A DNA stretch of 63,496 nt, the filler included, from Acidimicrobiia bacterium (GTDB lineage: Bacteria; Actinomycetota; Acidimicrobiia; Spongiisociales; SHLN01), in assembly GCA_041619515.1 (NCBI GenBank). It is 3 parts of 3 records of this genome, joined end to end, with 100 filler letters (N's around TTAATTAATTAA, not from the genome) between each part and the next. Parts side by side here need not be neighbours in the genome. Positions count along the whole stretch, not along the records: positions 1 to 22,183 come from JBFKDW010000049.1; 2 more parts are not named here. One strand, 5' to 3'. The notes under the pieces were generated by a model, which worked only from the letters and a program-made list of their open reading frames with translations, searched no databases and had not been told where the DNA came from. Below are positions 1-9,381 of the stretch, in pieces. Both the position numbers and the translations under genes were made by a program. Numbering within the stretch: position 1 is the first letter of the stretch; each line of letters starts with the position of its first letter.

Positions 1-209
1 GGGCGCGACTGTCGTCGCGCACGACGTCGAGCGTTCGCTCCGTCAACGAGTGAGCCACATGCATGGTCTCTTTTTCGGCGAAGACGGCCACCACCCTGAG
101 TGTCTTTGCGGTGTTCTGCTCGCCAGGCGCGGGCCGGGCACTGCGAGCGGTGTTCGAGAGATCCCGGGCCCCGCTCTAGGGTGTCCTCGACCAAGACCAG
201 AGGTATGAC

Positions 210-719
210 ATGTCCCAGCAATACGACACAGCACCGGAACTGACCATCGATCTCTCAAAGGGGTACTCGGCGACCCTGCACACGAATCACGGCGAAGTGG
301 CTATTGAGCTCCAGCCGGACCGCTCCCCCCAAACCGTCAACAACTTCGTGTTCCTCGCCCGCGAGGGGTTCTACGACGGGGTCATCTTCCATCGCGTGAT
401 CTCGGGCTTCATGATTCAGGGGGGAGATCCCACCGGCACCGGGCGCGGCGGCCCCGGCTATCAGTTCCGCGACGAGCTCGAAGGGTCGCCGGGCTATGCC
501 CGCGGCACGGTGGCCATGGCCAACGCCGGCCCGAACACCAACGGGTCGCAGTTCTTCATCTGCCATTCCGATGTGGGGCTTCCCCATGCCTACACCATCT
601 TCGGGGCCGTGACCTCCGGGATGGATGTGGTGGATGCGATCGCTGCCAGCGACACCGATCACGCTGATCGGCCGCGTGAGGATGCCGTTATCGAATCGGT
701 GACGATCACAGAGTCCTAG
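210..719 (+). CDS. Cyclophilin-type peptidyl-prolyl cis-trans isomerase
   Basis: FYDGVIFHRVISGFMIQGGDPTGTGRGGPGY and AMANAGPNTNGSQFFI cyclophilin motifs. Confidence 0.96.
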   Translation: MSQQYDTAPELTIDLSKGYSATLHTNHGEVAIELQPDRSPQTVNNFVFLAREGFYDGVIFHRVISGFMIQGGDPTGTGRGGPGYQFRDELEGSPGYARGTVAMANAGPNTNGSQFFICHSDVGLPHAYTIFGAVTSGMDVVDAIAASDTDHADRPREDAVIESVTITES

Positions 720-746
720 CCCCGCGCTGCCCGGTGGCCGGGTTGG

Positions 747-2072
747 TCACGCCGAATCATCGGAGCCGAAGCGCCGGTGGTATGCCTCCTCGACCCGGCT
801 CCGGTCGCTTGCGAGCACCCGGTCGTCGCGGCTGCCCTCGAGGATGAGATCGGCCTGTCGGCGCACCAGTTGGGCACGATCGTCGTCGGGCGGGAGCGAC
901 AACGTCGTGTCGAGGAGACTGAGCACCTCCAGCAGATACATCTGGACGGCGGGCTGGCCGTGAGCGGCGAGGCGGACTTCGTCGAACGCGATCGAAACGA
1001 TGTCTTCGTAGACGACCCGATGCGGGTCGAGCACGGTCCGATTGCCCGATACCGTCCGCTGAGACCAGGGAGGCCGGCGTCGCAACAACTCTGAAGCCAC
1101 ACTGCCCAGGTGGAAGATGGCGTCCTGGGCCGTGGTGGGATCGTTTACCCCGGGCGAGAGGGCCTTGAGGGCGATATCGGCGAGCTGGCGAACGCCGTAG
1201 GTGACGTCCTGCTGCATCGTGCGGGCTTCGCCGATCTCCGTTGCCTGGCGAGCGAGACGGCACGCTTCGTCCGGGTCTTCTGGTACGGGCCAGATGGTGC
1301 AGAGCGGTGCATGCGCCATCGCGTAGCGCCCCACCCGGGTGTCGATCCGAATTATCCCGTCCGGCGCCGCCGCTGCCAGCAGCGCGTCTTCGTCCAGCTG
1401 CTGGAGCCACCCATCCTGACCGAAGGTCACGACGAATCCCTCACCCTTGGGAGCGTCGATGGCGTCGGCCTCGTCCGGCTCGTCTCCCTCTCCCGGCTCG
1501 ATCCACAGCCGTTCCGCCTGGAGGTTGGTCTCAGCCGTTATCCGATGCAGGATCTTCGAGATGTCCATCGAGTGGGCGCTGTGGTTGATGAACGCAACGA
1601 TCGAGAGGATCGCCGCCAACCCGAGGAACACCGCAAACGCCACCGACAGGCTCGGGATGAGAGGAGTGCCCCCTTCCTCGAGCGGGCCTCGCACCGACCG
1701 GATGACGACCAGGCAGTAGGCGAAGGTCCCCACCACCAGACCGATGACCCGCTTGTTGAAGCGGTCTCGGAACAGCCCGTGGACCACTCGTGGTGAGTAC
1801 TGGCTCGAGGTCAGTGAAATGATCAGCAGGCTGACCGAGAATGCGATCGAGGCGAAAGTGATGGTCGCGCCGGCGACAACGCTGAGCACGAGCCTCCCGC
1901 TGTCGACGGTGGAGGTGAAGCGAAGCGGCAGCCTTCCCTTCTCGTGCCCGATAGCCTCGTCGAGGGTCACACCCAGCTCACCGAGCACGACGCCGGCGAT
2001 CACGAACAGCATCGGCACGAAGAAGAAGCTGCTCCGGATGCGCTCCGCGATGGCCTCGATCGTCACTCGCAT
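747..2072 (-). CDS. DUF2254 family membrane protein
   Basis: N-terminal TM helices with SSQYSPR; C-terminal QLADIALKALSPGVNDPTTA motif typical of DUF2254. Confidence 0.88.
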   Translation of the reverse strand: MRVTIEAIAERIRSSFFFVPMLFVIAGVVLGELGVTLDEAIGHEKGRLPLRFTSTVDSGRLVLSVVAGATITFASIAFSVSLLIISLTSSQYSPRVVHGLFRDRFNKRVIGLVVGTFAYCLVVIRSVRGPLEEGGTPLIPSLSVAFAVFLGLAAILSIVAFINHSAHSMDISKILHRITAETNLQAERLWIEPGEGDEPDEADAIDAPKGEGFVVTFGQDGWLQQLDEDALLAAAAPDGIIRIDTRVGRYAMAHAPLCTIWPVPEDPDEACRLARQATEIGEARTMQQDVTYGVRQLADIALKALSPGVNDPTTAQDAIFHLGSVASELLRRRPPWSQRTVSGNRTVLDPHRVVYEDIVSIAFDEVRLAAHGQPAVQMYLLEVLSLLDTTLSLPPDDDRAQLVRRQADLILEGSRDDRVLASDRSRVEEAYHRRFGSDDSA

Positions 2073-2138
2073 GCTGGGAATCTAATCGGCGCCGTGTCCC
2101 GGCCCGGGGCCCGTGCCGGCCGGCCAACCCGAAGCCCG

Positions 2139-4136
2139 CTAGGCAACCTCTCTGTCGAAGCGGCGCAGCGCCTGCTCGAGGTCGGCCCACGTCACTTCGA
2201 GCGCGTCGCGTTCCTGACGGAGCACGTTGAGAGCCGCTTCGCGCAGCAGGCTCGTCAGGTCGGCGAAGGAGAGGCCGTCGGTGATGTCTGCGAGCTGATC
2301 CAGGTCGACGTCGGCGGCAAAGGGCACATCGGTGATTTCGAGCAAGGCGAGCCGAGACTGCTTGGGCGGGAGGTCGAGCAGGATGTGGGTTTCGAGCCGT
2401 CCACCTCGCAGGAGGGCAGGGTCGATGAGGTCTTTGCGGTTGGTTGCCCCGATCACCACCACGTCGCCCCGGTCGGAGACGCCGTCGATCTCGGTCAGGA
2501 GGGCAGCCACCACCGAATCGGTGACGGAGTTGTTCGAGTTTCCCCTGACCGGAGCGAGCGCATCGAACTCGTCGAAGAAGATGATCGAGGGAGCGACCGA
2601 TCGGGCCCGGGCGAACAGCTCTCGCACGCCTCGCTCGGACTCGCCGACGAACTTGTCGAGCAGCTCGGCACCCTTGACCGAGAAGAAGGCGGCGCCGGCC
2701 TCGTGGGCGAGGGCGCGGGTGACGTAGGTCTTGCCGGTGCCGGGTGGGCCGTGCAGCAGGATTCCGCGGGGAGGCTCGATTCCCATGGTCGTGAAGCGGT
2801 CCGGGTCCTGGATCGGCCAGATGACGGCCTCGGTCAGCCGCTGCTTCACGTCCTCGAGGTTGGCCACCCGTTCGAAGCCGTATGAGGGCATTTCACCGAG
2901 CGAGACCGAGCCGAGCGACGGGGTGGTCCCCCCGATGGCTTCCAGCAGGGTCTCGGTGGTTGCCTTGCCGCCGCCCCGCACCACCATCGCCGAGGCATGA
3001 ACCACCGCCGCGATCACGTCGGCTCCCGAGAAGCCGGCCGACTTGGCGGCCAGCACGTCGTACGCCACCTCGTCGGTAGGCACGCGCTGCAGGGCGGCTT
3101 CGAAGAGCAGCCGGCGGCGCTCCAGGTCGGGCGGCGGGATGGTGAGCTTGCGCGGGAGCAGGGGAGAGGTGGCGACGGCGTCGTCGAGGGCCTCGAGTGA
3201 AGATACGCCGAGGACGCAGGCCAGGCCGGGCTTCTCGGCGACGGCGTCCAGGAACCAGCGCAGGATTGCCCCCATCTGGTTGCGGAACATGCCCTCGTCA
3301 CCGGCAACCGCATCGAGGCGATCGAGGAAGATGACCGTGGGCCCCGAGGAGCCCTTCACCCCCTTTTCCACCAGGTCGAGCAGCTTCTCGGGCTTGAACA
3401 CCAGCTCGAGGGAGATCTCGTTGACGGCGGCGCCGGCCGCGGCTGCGGCGGCATTCACGAGCTCGGATTTACCAACACCCGAGGGCCCCTCGAGGACAAC
3501 GCCTGCCACCGACGGCAGCCCCCACGTGGCGGGAAGGTTGCCCGGGGAGGTGAGCAAGGCGAGCCATCCGGCCAGGGTCTCGAGCTCGGTGTCGAGCCCG
3601 GTGAGCAGGGCGTCGGCCGTGGTAGGAGCCTCTCCGGCGGGCCGGCCCTCCGGCTGAGCAACCGGGGCGGAGGGCGGCATGTCGCCCTCCCAGCCCACGA
3701 CGCTGCCGCTGCCCACCGTTCCGGCGGGCTCGGGAATGACTCCGACGACCCTGGCCTCGATCGGCTCGGCCTTCTCGGTGGAGCCGTACGACGGGTCGAT
3801 CGCGACGGTGTCGCCCACCGTGACGGGAATGCCCTGGAGCGCCCGGGCGGCATGACGGGGCTCGAGCGCAGGCTCGTCGCCAGCCAGCACCACTCGCTGC
3901 GCCTGGGGAAGGATGACGCGCTTGACGTCGACGGTTTCCCCGGCCCCGATTCCGGCGTTGGCCATGGTCCGCTCTCCCAGCATCAGGGCGCTCGGATCGG
4001 TCACCTCGCCGGGCCGGATGAGGACGTGAGTCATGCCGACTCTCACAACTCCTCCCCCCGGCAGACCCATGGCGCTGAGGAGCGTGGCGTCGGCCCGGGC
4101 GAATGGATCGCTGCCCGGCCGGATGAGGAACTTCAT
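2139..4136 (-). CDS. CDC48/p97-like double AAA+ ATPase (Cpa-like)
   Basis: N-domain plus two AAA modules (GPSGVGKS; GPPGTGKT...IFFDEFD...ATNRKDLIDPALLRGGRL). Start set at ATG 4136 (MKFLIRP), which is preceded by TAAACT. Confidence 0.88.
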   Translation of the reverse strand: MKFLIRPGSDPFARADATLLSAMGLPGGGVVRVGMTHVLIRPGEVTDPSALMLGERTMANAGIGAGETVDVKRVILPQAQRVVLAGDEPALEPRHAARALQGIPVTVGDTVAIDPSYGSTEKAEPIEARVVGVIPEPAGTVGSGSVVGWEGDMPPSAPVAQPEGRPAGEAPTTADALLTGLDTELETLAGWLALLTSPGNLPATWGLPSVAGVVLEGPSGVGKSELVNAAAAAAGAAVNEISLELVFKPEKLLDLVEKGVKGSSGPTVIFLDRLDAVAGDEGMFRNQMGAILRWFLDAVAEKPGLACVLGVSSLEALDDAVATSPLLPRKLTIPPPDLERRRLLFEAALQRVPTDEVAYDVLAAKSAGFSGADVIAAVVHASAMVVRGGGKATTETLLEAIGGTTPSLGSVSLGEMPSYGFERVANLEDVKQRLTEAVIWPIQDPDRFTTMGIEPPRGILLHGPPGTGKTYVTRALAHEAGAAFFSVKGAELLDKFVGESERGVRELFARARSVAPSIIFFDEFDALAPVRGNSNNSVTDSVVAALLTEIDGVSDRGDVVVIGATNRKDLIDPALLRGGRLETHILLDLPPKQSRLALLEITDVPFAADVDLDQLADITDGLSFADLTSLLREAALNVLRQERDALEVTWADLEQALRRFDREVA

Positions 4137-4209
4137 GCGGGTCGAGTTTAGGGCCGCCCACCGTTTCCCCTCTCGGCCGACAGCTCGCCGTGACTTCCGC
4201 ACCGGCCGG

Positions 4210-5841
4210 CTAGGCCGCGTCCAGGCGCCGAAGAGCCCGGATCGGATGGACGGGGAGGCTGAAGGGTGCCGAACAGTCGACGACGCGCGCCTGGCTGGTT
4301 TCGAGCCACCTCCACACGATGTGAGCCTCCTCGGCTGCCGCAACGGTCGGTGGGGTCTCGGGCGCCGGGTCGTCGAGAGCGGCGGGGGCGAGCAGGGGTG
4401 GCTGATCCCCGGCGGCCCAGGCGGCCGTCAAGCGGCCGCGTTCGATGAGGGCGCCGTCGCCTGCCGGGGTCTCGGCCCACAGCATGCCGGCCTGCTGGAG
4501 AACCTGCCACGATCGGCGTCGCTCGAGCGCCCGCGCCAGCGCCCGGTACCGGTCGCGCGCCCATCCGGCTTCTTCGTAGCGCTCGGCCCTGGCGTGGGTG
4601 GCCATTCGGTCGATGAGGGGCTCGAGCAGCACCGCCGGGTCGCCGTCGAAGCCTTCTTTCACGCGTTCGACGATGAGGCGGTAGTCGGCTTCGCTCACGT
4701 CACCGGCGCACGGGCACACCGAAACGCCGAGCTGGTCGAACGCGCAGCGGGCCCGGCGCTTTCCTGCCGGTCCCCGGCAGCGCCGGATGGGTACGGCATC
4801 CCAGATGGCGGTCATGACGAGCTCAGCAGCTTTGCGGCTCCGGAACGGGCCGAGGTAGGCGCCGCCGTCATCCTTCTGGGTCCGGACCAGCGACAGTCGC
4901 GGATATGCCTCGGAAGTGAGCTTGACCCAGTGCTGGGACTTGGGGGGCTTGGAGCGGCGGTTGTGGCGAGGGGTATGAGCCGCGATGAGCCGGATCTCGG
5001 CTATCTCGGCCTCGAGCTCGTTGGCGCATACATGATGCTCCATGCTCTCCAGCTCGCGCAGCATCGTGTGGATGCTGCGGCGCTCGTCGCCGTAGAAGTA
5101 GGTCCGGACGCGGCTCCGAAGGTTCTTGGCCTTTCCCACGTAGATGACGTGTCCGGTGCGGTCCTTGAAGAGGTACACGCCGGGCCGGCGAGGGAGGGAG
5201 TCGGTCAGCCCGATCTTCTGGTAGTTGGGTGCACCCCGGGCCGTCTTCAACGCCAGGAGATCGTCGAGGTGGGTGACACCGATGGTGCCGGCCCGCTCCA
5301 GCAGAGCCCAGAAGACGTGGGCGGTGGCGGCGGCGTCGTCGAAAGCCCGGTGGGTCGGCGTGGTGGGAGATCGAAAGTGGGCGGCCAGCGTCTGCAGTTT
5401 GAGGTTTCGAATCTCGTTGCGGCAGAGGCGCCGGGCCAGAGTGTATGTGTCTGTTGAACGGTTGGTCAGCCGGCCGTAGCCGAGCCGTTCGGCGGCGGCA
5501 TTGAGGAAGGAGATGTCGAAGCGAACGTTGTGGCCGACGATGACGGCATCGCCGAGAAACTCGAGGAAGGCGGGGAGCGCCTCGTCGACGGGGGGCGCCT
5601 CGATGACCATCGCCTGAGTGATGCCGGTCATGACCGTGATGAACGGGGGGATGGGGGCACCCGGGTTGACCAGCGTCTGGAATGTGCCGTCCGGCTCGCC
5701 CCCACGAAACCGCAGGGCGCCGATCTCGGTGATGGCACACTCGGCGGCCGAGCCGCCGGTGGTCTCGAGGTCGAGCACACAGAAGGTAACGTCGGAGAGA
5801 TGCACGCCCATGTCATCGAACGTCCGCTGTACACGCGTCAC
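4210..5841 (-). CDS. DEDD (DnaQ-like) exonuclease fused to UvrC-like GIY-YIG endonuclease (Rv2191/Cho-like)
   Basis: VLDLETTG...GHNVRFD...HRAFDDA exonuclease motifs followed by PGVYLF...IYVGKAKNLRSRV GIY-YIG motif. Confidence 0.92.
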   Translation of the reverse strand: MTRVQRTFDDMGVHLSDVTFCVLDLETTGGSAAECAITEIGALRFRGGEPDGTFQTLVNPGAPIPPFITVMTGITQAMVIEAPPVDEALPAFLEFLGDAVIVGHNVRFDISFLNAAAERLGYGRLTNRSTDTYTLARRLCRNEIRNLKLQTLAAHFRSPTTPTHRAFDDAAATAHVFWALLERAGTIGVTHLDDLLALKTARGAPNYQKIGLTDSLPRRPGVYLFKDRTGHVIYVGKAKNLRSRVRTYFYGDERRSIHTMLRELESMEHHVCANELEAEIAEIRLIAAHTPRHNRRSKPPKSQHWVKLTSEAYPRLSLVRTQKDDGGAYLGPFRSRKAAELVMTAIWDAVPIRRCRGPAGKRRARCAFDQLGVSVCPCAGDVSEADYRLIVERVKEGFDGDPAVLLEPLIDRMATHARAERYEEAGWARDRYRALARALERRRSWQVLQQAGMLWAETPAGDGALIERGRLTAAWAAGDQPPLLAPAALDDPAPETPPTVAAAEEAHIVWRWLETSQARVVDCSAPFSLPVHPIRALRRLDAA

Positions 5842-5866
5842 GGGTACCTGTCTGGTCGGGGACTCG

Positions 5867-5896
5867 ACACTAGGTCGAACATATGTTCGATGTCAA
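5867..5896 (-). promoter_or_regulatory. Sigma-70 promoter (TTGACA-N18-TAGTGT) with LexA SOS box TCGAACATATGTTCGA (5875-5890) in the spacer
   Basis: Perfect 16-bp palindrome matching the actinobacterial LexA consensus TCGAAC-N4-GTTCGA, upstream of a DNA-repair nuclease. Confidence 0.9.
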
Positions 5897-5978
5897 GGAT
5901 GCCGACGACCTCGCGGGGTGGATCGAACCGCCTCGTTTCACCCGGGGCGCCGACCGCGTCGGCAGGTACCCTGCCGTG

Positions 5979-6440
5979 ATGCTCCAGGTAGAACCGGTAC
6001 CCCCCGAGGCAACCCGCCCCCTGCGGCAGCAGGTTCTCCGACCCCACCAGACGCTCGACGAGCTGGCTCACCCCTACGAGCAGCTGCCCGAGACCGGCGC
6101 CTTCGCGGCCATGCTCGATGGCCGGATGGTGGGAACGGCGCTCGTCTTCCCGGAGGCGCGTGGCGGCAGCCCGGCCGGCCACCAGTGGCGGCTCGTCGCC
6201 CTGGCGGTGGACCCGGCGTACCGGCGGAGAGGCGTTGGAACCGGCTTGCTCGCAGAATGCGTCCGGCACGCGGCCCGCGCCGGCGGCAACGAGCTGTGGT
6301 GCCACGCCCGCACCGGGGCAATCACCTTCTACCTGGCAGCCGGGTTCACGCCGACGGGTCCCGAATGGCTGGAAGAGAACACCGGGCCCCATGTCCTCAT
6401 GTGGCGGACGATCGGCCCGGTGAGTCGGCTCGATGGCTGA
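5979..6440 (+). CDS. GNAT family N-acetyltransferase
   Basis: LRQQVLRP, AVDPAYRRRGVGTGLL (acetyl-CoA motif A), WCHARTGAITFY; exact start uncertain (GTG 5976 or ATG 5979). Confidence 0.85.
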   Translation: MLQVEPVPPEATRPLRQQVLRPHQTLDELAHPYEQLPETGAFAAMLDGRMVGTALVFPEARGGSPAGHQWRLVALAVDPAYRRRGVGTGLLAECVRHAARAGGNELWCHARTGAITFYLAAGFTPTGPEWLEENTGPHVLMWRTIGPVSRLDG

Positions 6441-7224
6441 CATCGAAAGCACGACGAACTCCCGGGTCAAAGCGCTCGTCAAGCTGCGCAAGCGGCGCGA
6501 GCGCGACGCCACCGGGCTGTTTGTCGTCGAGGGGGAACGTGAGCTGGAAAGCGCCCTGCACGGCCACGCGGTGCGAGAGGCCTACGTGTGTGAGAGCCTG
6601 CTGACCGATCACGGAAGGCGGGTGTACGACCGGCTCCGCAGCCGGGCGGACATCCCGATCACGTCGGTATCGCCTCCCGTGCTCGAGAAGGTCTCACTGC
6701 GGGGGAATCCGAGCGGGTTCGTCGCCGTGCTACCGCAATGGGAGGCGCCGATCGGGGCGATCCCCACCGACGATGCATTGGTGCTCATAGTCGAGTCGAT
6801 CGAAAAGCCCGGAAACCTGGGTGGCATGATTCGCAGCGCCAACGCGGCGGGCGCCTCCGTGGTCGTCGCCGACCCGACAACCGATTTGTTCAACTCCAAC
6901 GTGATCCGCGCCTCGATGGGGACGCTGTTCACGACGCCGGTGGCCGTGGCCTCCACCACAGAAACGCTCGAGTGGCTGGCCGCCCACCGCATCAACGTCT
7001 ATGCCACCACGCCGGCAGCCGTCCAGGCGTACTCCGATGTCGACCTCACCGGGCCGACCGCCCTGGTCGTCGGAAGCGAGTCGAGCGGCCTCACCGGCGC
7101 CTGGTTCGGCTTTTCGCAAATACTCATCCCGATGACGGGAACCATCGACAGCCTGAACGCATCGGTCTCGGCCGGCATCGTCCTGTTCGAAGCCGTCCGC
7201 CAGCGGCGTGCCAAGCGCACCTGA
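6433..7224 (+). CDS. TrmH/SpoU family RNA methyltransferase
   Basis: IEKPGNLGGMIRSA, VVGSESSGL, IPMTGTIDSLNASVS SPOUT motifs. Confidence 0.93.
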   Translation: MADIESTTNSRVKALVKLRKRRERDATGLFVVEGERELESALHGHAVREAYVCESLLTDHGRRVYDRLRSRADIPITSVSPPVLEKVSLRGNPSGFVAVLPQWEAPIGAIPTDDALVLIVESIEKPGNLGGMIRSANAAGASVVVADPTTDLFNSNVIRASMGTLFTTPVAVASTTETLEWLAAHRINVYATTPAAVQAYSDVDLTGPTALVVGSESSGLTGAWFGFSQILIPMTGTIDSLNASVSAGIVLFEAVRQRRAKRT

Positions 7225-7304
7225 AGCGCCTCCCCGGGGCGGCCCTTTTATCGACGAACCGCCGTGGCCGGAGCGCTCTCACCAAACTCGGGCAGAATGA
7301 GGGT

Positions 7305-7982
7305 ATGCGCATCCTGGTAGTGGAGGATGAGGTTCGGCTCGCCGCCTACGTCAAGCGCGGGCTGGAGGCGGAGGGGTACTCGGTCGACGTCGTCTCCGAC
7401 GGCGAGCAAGGGCTGTGGATGGCGGAGAATCAACCCTACGACGCAGTCGTCCTGGACATCATGCTCCCCAAGCTGAACGGCTACCAGGTTTGTGCCGGGC
7501 TCAGAGAGGCAGGCAACTGGGTGCCGATCCTCATGCTCACGGCCAAAGACGGCGAGTTCGACGAGGCCGAGGCGCTCGACACCGGGGCCGACGACTTCCT
7601 CCGCAAACCGTTCTCGTTTGTCGTCCTGATGGCGCGTCTCCGTGCCCTGATCCGGCGCAAGACGGGGGAGCGGCCGACAATTCTGTCGGTCGGGGACCTG
7701 ACCCTGGACCCGGCATCCCGGAGCGTGCGCCGGGGTGAATCCGGCATCGATCTCACCCCCCGCGAGTTCGCCATGCTCGAATACCTCATGCGCCATCCCG
7801 GAGAGGCACTTGCCAAATCCGACATTCTCGCCAACGTCTGGGATTGGGCGTTCGACGGTGATCCCAACATCGTCGAGGTCTACGTCGGGTACCTCCGCAA
7901 GAAGATCGATGCCCCGTTCGGCTGCAAGACGCTGCAAACCGTGCGCGGCGTCGGGTACCGATTGATGGCCGATGTTTCGTAG
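7305..7982 (+). CDS. OmpR-family response regulator
   Basis: MRILVVEDE...LDIMLP...GADDFLRKPF receiver; VEVYVGYLRKKID...TVRGVGY winged helix. Confidence 0.95.
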   Translation: MRILVVEDEVRLAAYVKRGLEAEGYSVDVVSDGEQGLWMAENQPYDAVVLDIMLPKLNGYQVCAGLREAGNWVPILMLTAKDGEFDEAEALDTGADDFLRKPFSFVVLMARLRALIRRKTGERPTILSVGDLTLDPASRSVRRGESGIDLTPREFAMLEYLMRHPGEALAKSDILANVWDWAFDGDPNIVEVYVGYLRKKIDAPFGCKTLQTVRGVGYRLMADVS

Positions 7983-9381
7983 ACACCCCCCGACCGGGGT
8001 GCGCGTTCGGACGACCCTGTTCGCCACCGCGGTGGTTGCCGTCGCCCTCGCCATCGGGCTGGTGACCCTCTTGCTCCTCGCCCGAACCAGCCTCGAGACG
8101 GCGATCCAGAACGGGGCGGTGGCACGCGCCCAATCGATCGGCTCGCTTGCCGCTCGCGGCGCTCTGGGCGATTCGCTCCCTGCCGGGGACGACATCATCG
8201 GCACGCAGCTGGTGGGCCCGGACGGGGAGGTTCGGCTCGCGAGCGGAAGCCTGCTGGGCTTGCCCGCGCTCTCGAGTCGATTCGTGGGTCCGGGTGAATC
8301 CGATATCTACCGAGATCGACAGCTTTCGGAGACTCTCGAGGACTCGCTCGGTTACGACGTCGTGAATGCCACGCTGGTCGTGGTGCTCGGGACCGCCACT
8401 CCCGACGGTGAAGCCGTGGTGGTGGTGGCTGCCTCGCTCGATACCGAGGACACCATGAACGCACTGATCGAAGTCCTGGTGTGGAGCTTCCCCACCGTGT
8501 TGCTGCTGGTTGCAGCGGTTACCTGGTGGGGCACGGGTAGGGCGTTGCGGCCGGTCGAGGCGATGCGGATCGAAGCCGACCAGATCACCCACACCGACCT
8601 GCACCGGCGGCTACCGGTGCCCGACAGCGAAGACGAGGTGCGACGCCTGGCCGAGACGATGAATGAGATGCTGGAGCGACTGGAGGAATCAGCTGAGGAG
8701 CATTACCAATTCGTGGCCGATGCCTCCCATGAGCTCAAGAGCCCGGTGGCGGCCATCAAGACGATGCTCGAGGTCGCCAAGGCAAACCCCGACAGCGTGA
8801 GCTTCGACTCTCTGCTGGACGATCTGCTGCACGAGGATCTGCGCCTCGAGATGCTGGTCGGCGACTTGTTGACGCTGGCGCGAGCCGATGAGCAAGGCTT
8901 GACCGTCCGCCGGGAGGACGTCGACCTCGACGATCTGGTTCGCGGCGAGGCAGCGATGGTCGCCGGCCGGGGCACTGCCCCCGTCGATCTGTCGGCGGTG
9001 GACCCGGTGCGGATCTTCGCCGACCCGGATCGGCTACGCCAGCTGTTGCGCAACCTGCTCGACAATTCGGTTCGCCATGCCCGGGCGGGGGTCTGGGTTG
9101 CAGCCCATCGAAATGGGCCCGAGGCGGTTGTCTTGGTCTCCAACGACGGGGACCCCATTCCGATCGAGGAACGGGAGCGCATCTTCGAGCGCTTCGTGCG
9201 CCTCGACGAGGCTCGCGGCCGGGATGACGGCGGGACCGGGCTCGGTCTTCCGGTGGTTCAAGCGATTGCCCGGGCTCACGGCGGCAGGGTCGCCGCCATC
9301 GACCCGCTGCACGACGGAGCCACCTTCGAAGTGCGGCTGCCGGCCGGCTATTCGTCCTTGGGCAATGCGCTCTCGGAGTAG
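7972..9381 (+). CDS. Sensor histidine kinase (2 TM, HAMP, HisKA, HATPase)
   Basis: FVADASHELKSP H-box, NLLDNS N-box, GGTGLGL G2 box. Confidence 0.95.
   Translation: MFRRHPPTGVRVRTTLFATAVVAVALAIGLVTLLLLARTSLETAIQNGAVARAQSIGSLAARGALGDSLPAGDDIIGTQLVGPDGEVRLASGSLLGLPALSSRFVGPGESDIYRDRQLSETLEDSLGYDVVNATLVVVLGTATPDGEAVVVVAASLDTEDTMNALIEVLVWSFPTVLLLVAAVTWWGTGRALRPVEAMRIEADQITHTDLHRRLPVPDSEDEVRRLAETMNEMLERLEESAEEHYQFVADASHELKSPVAAIKTMLEVAKANPDSVSFDSLLDDLLHEDLRLEMLVGDLLTLARADEQGLTVRREDVDLDDLVRGEAAMVAGRGTAPVDLSAVDPVRIFADPDRLRQLLRNLLDNSVRHARAGVWVAAHRNGPEAVVLVSNDGDPIPIEERERIFERFVRLDEARGRDDGGTGLGLPVVQAIARAHGGRVAAIDPLHDGATFEVRLPAGYSSLGNALSE

Noticed and set aside
1..64. Possible start of a minus-strand gene (MHVAHSLTERTLDVV...)
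   Set aside because: Only 21 codons are visible with no recognisable motif
2139..5841. SOS co-regulation of the CDC48-like ATPase with the nuclease
   Set aside because: The ATPase has its own TAAACT leaderless-type promoter; read-through is possible but unsupported
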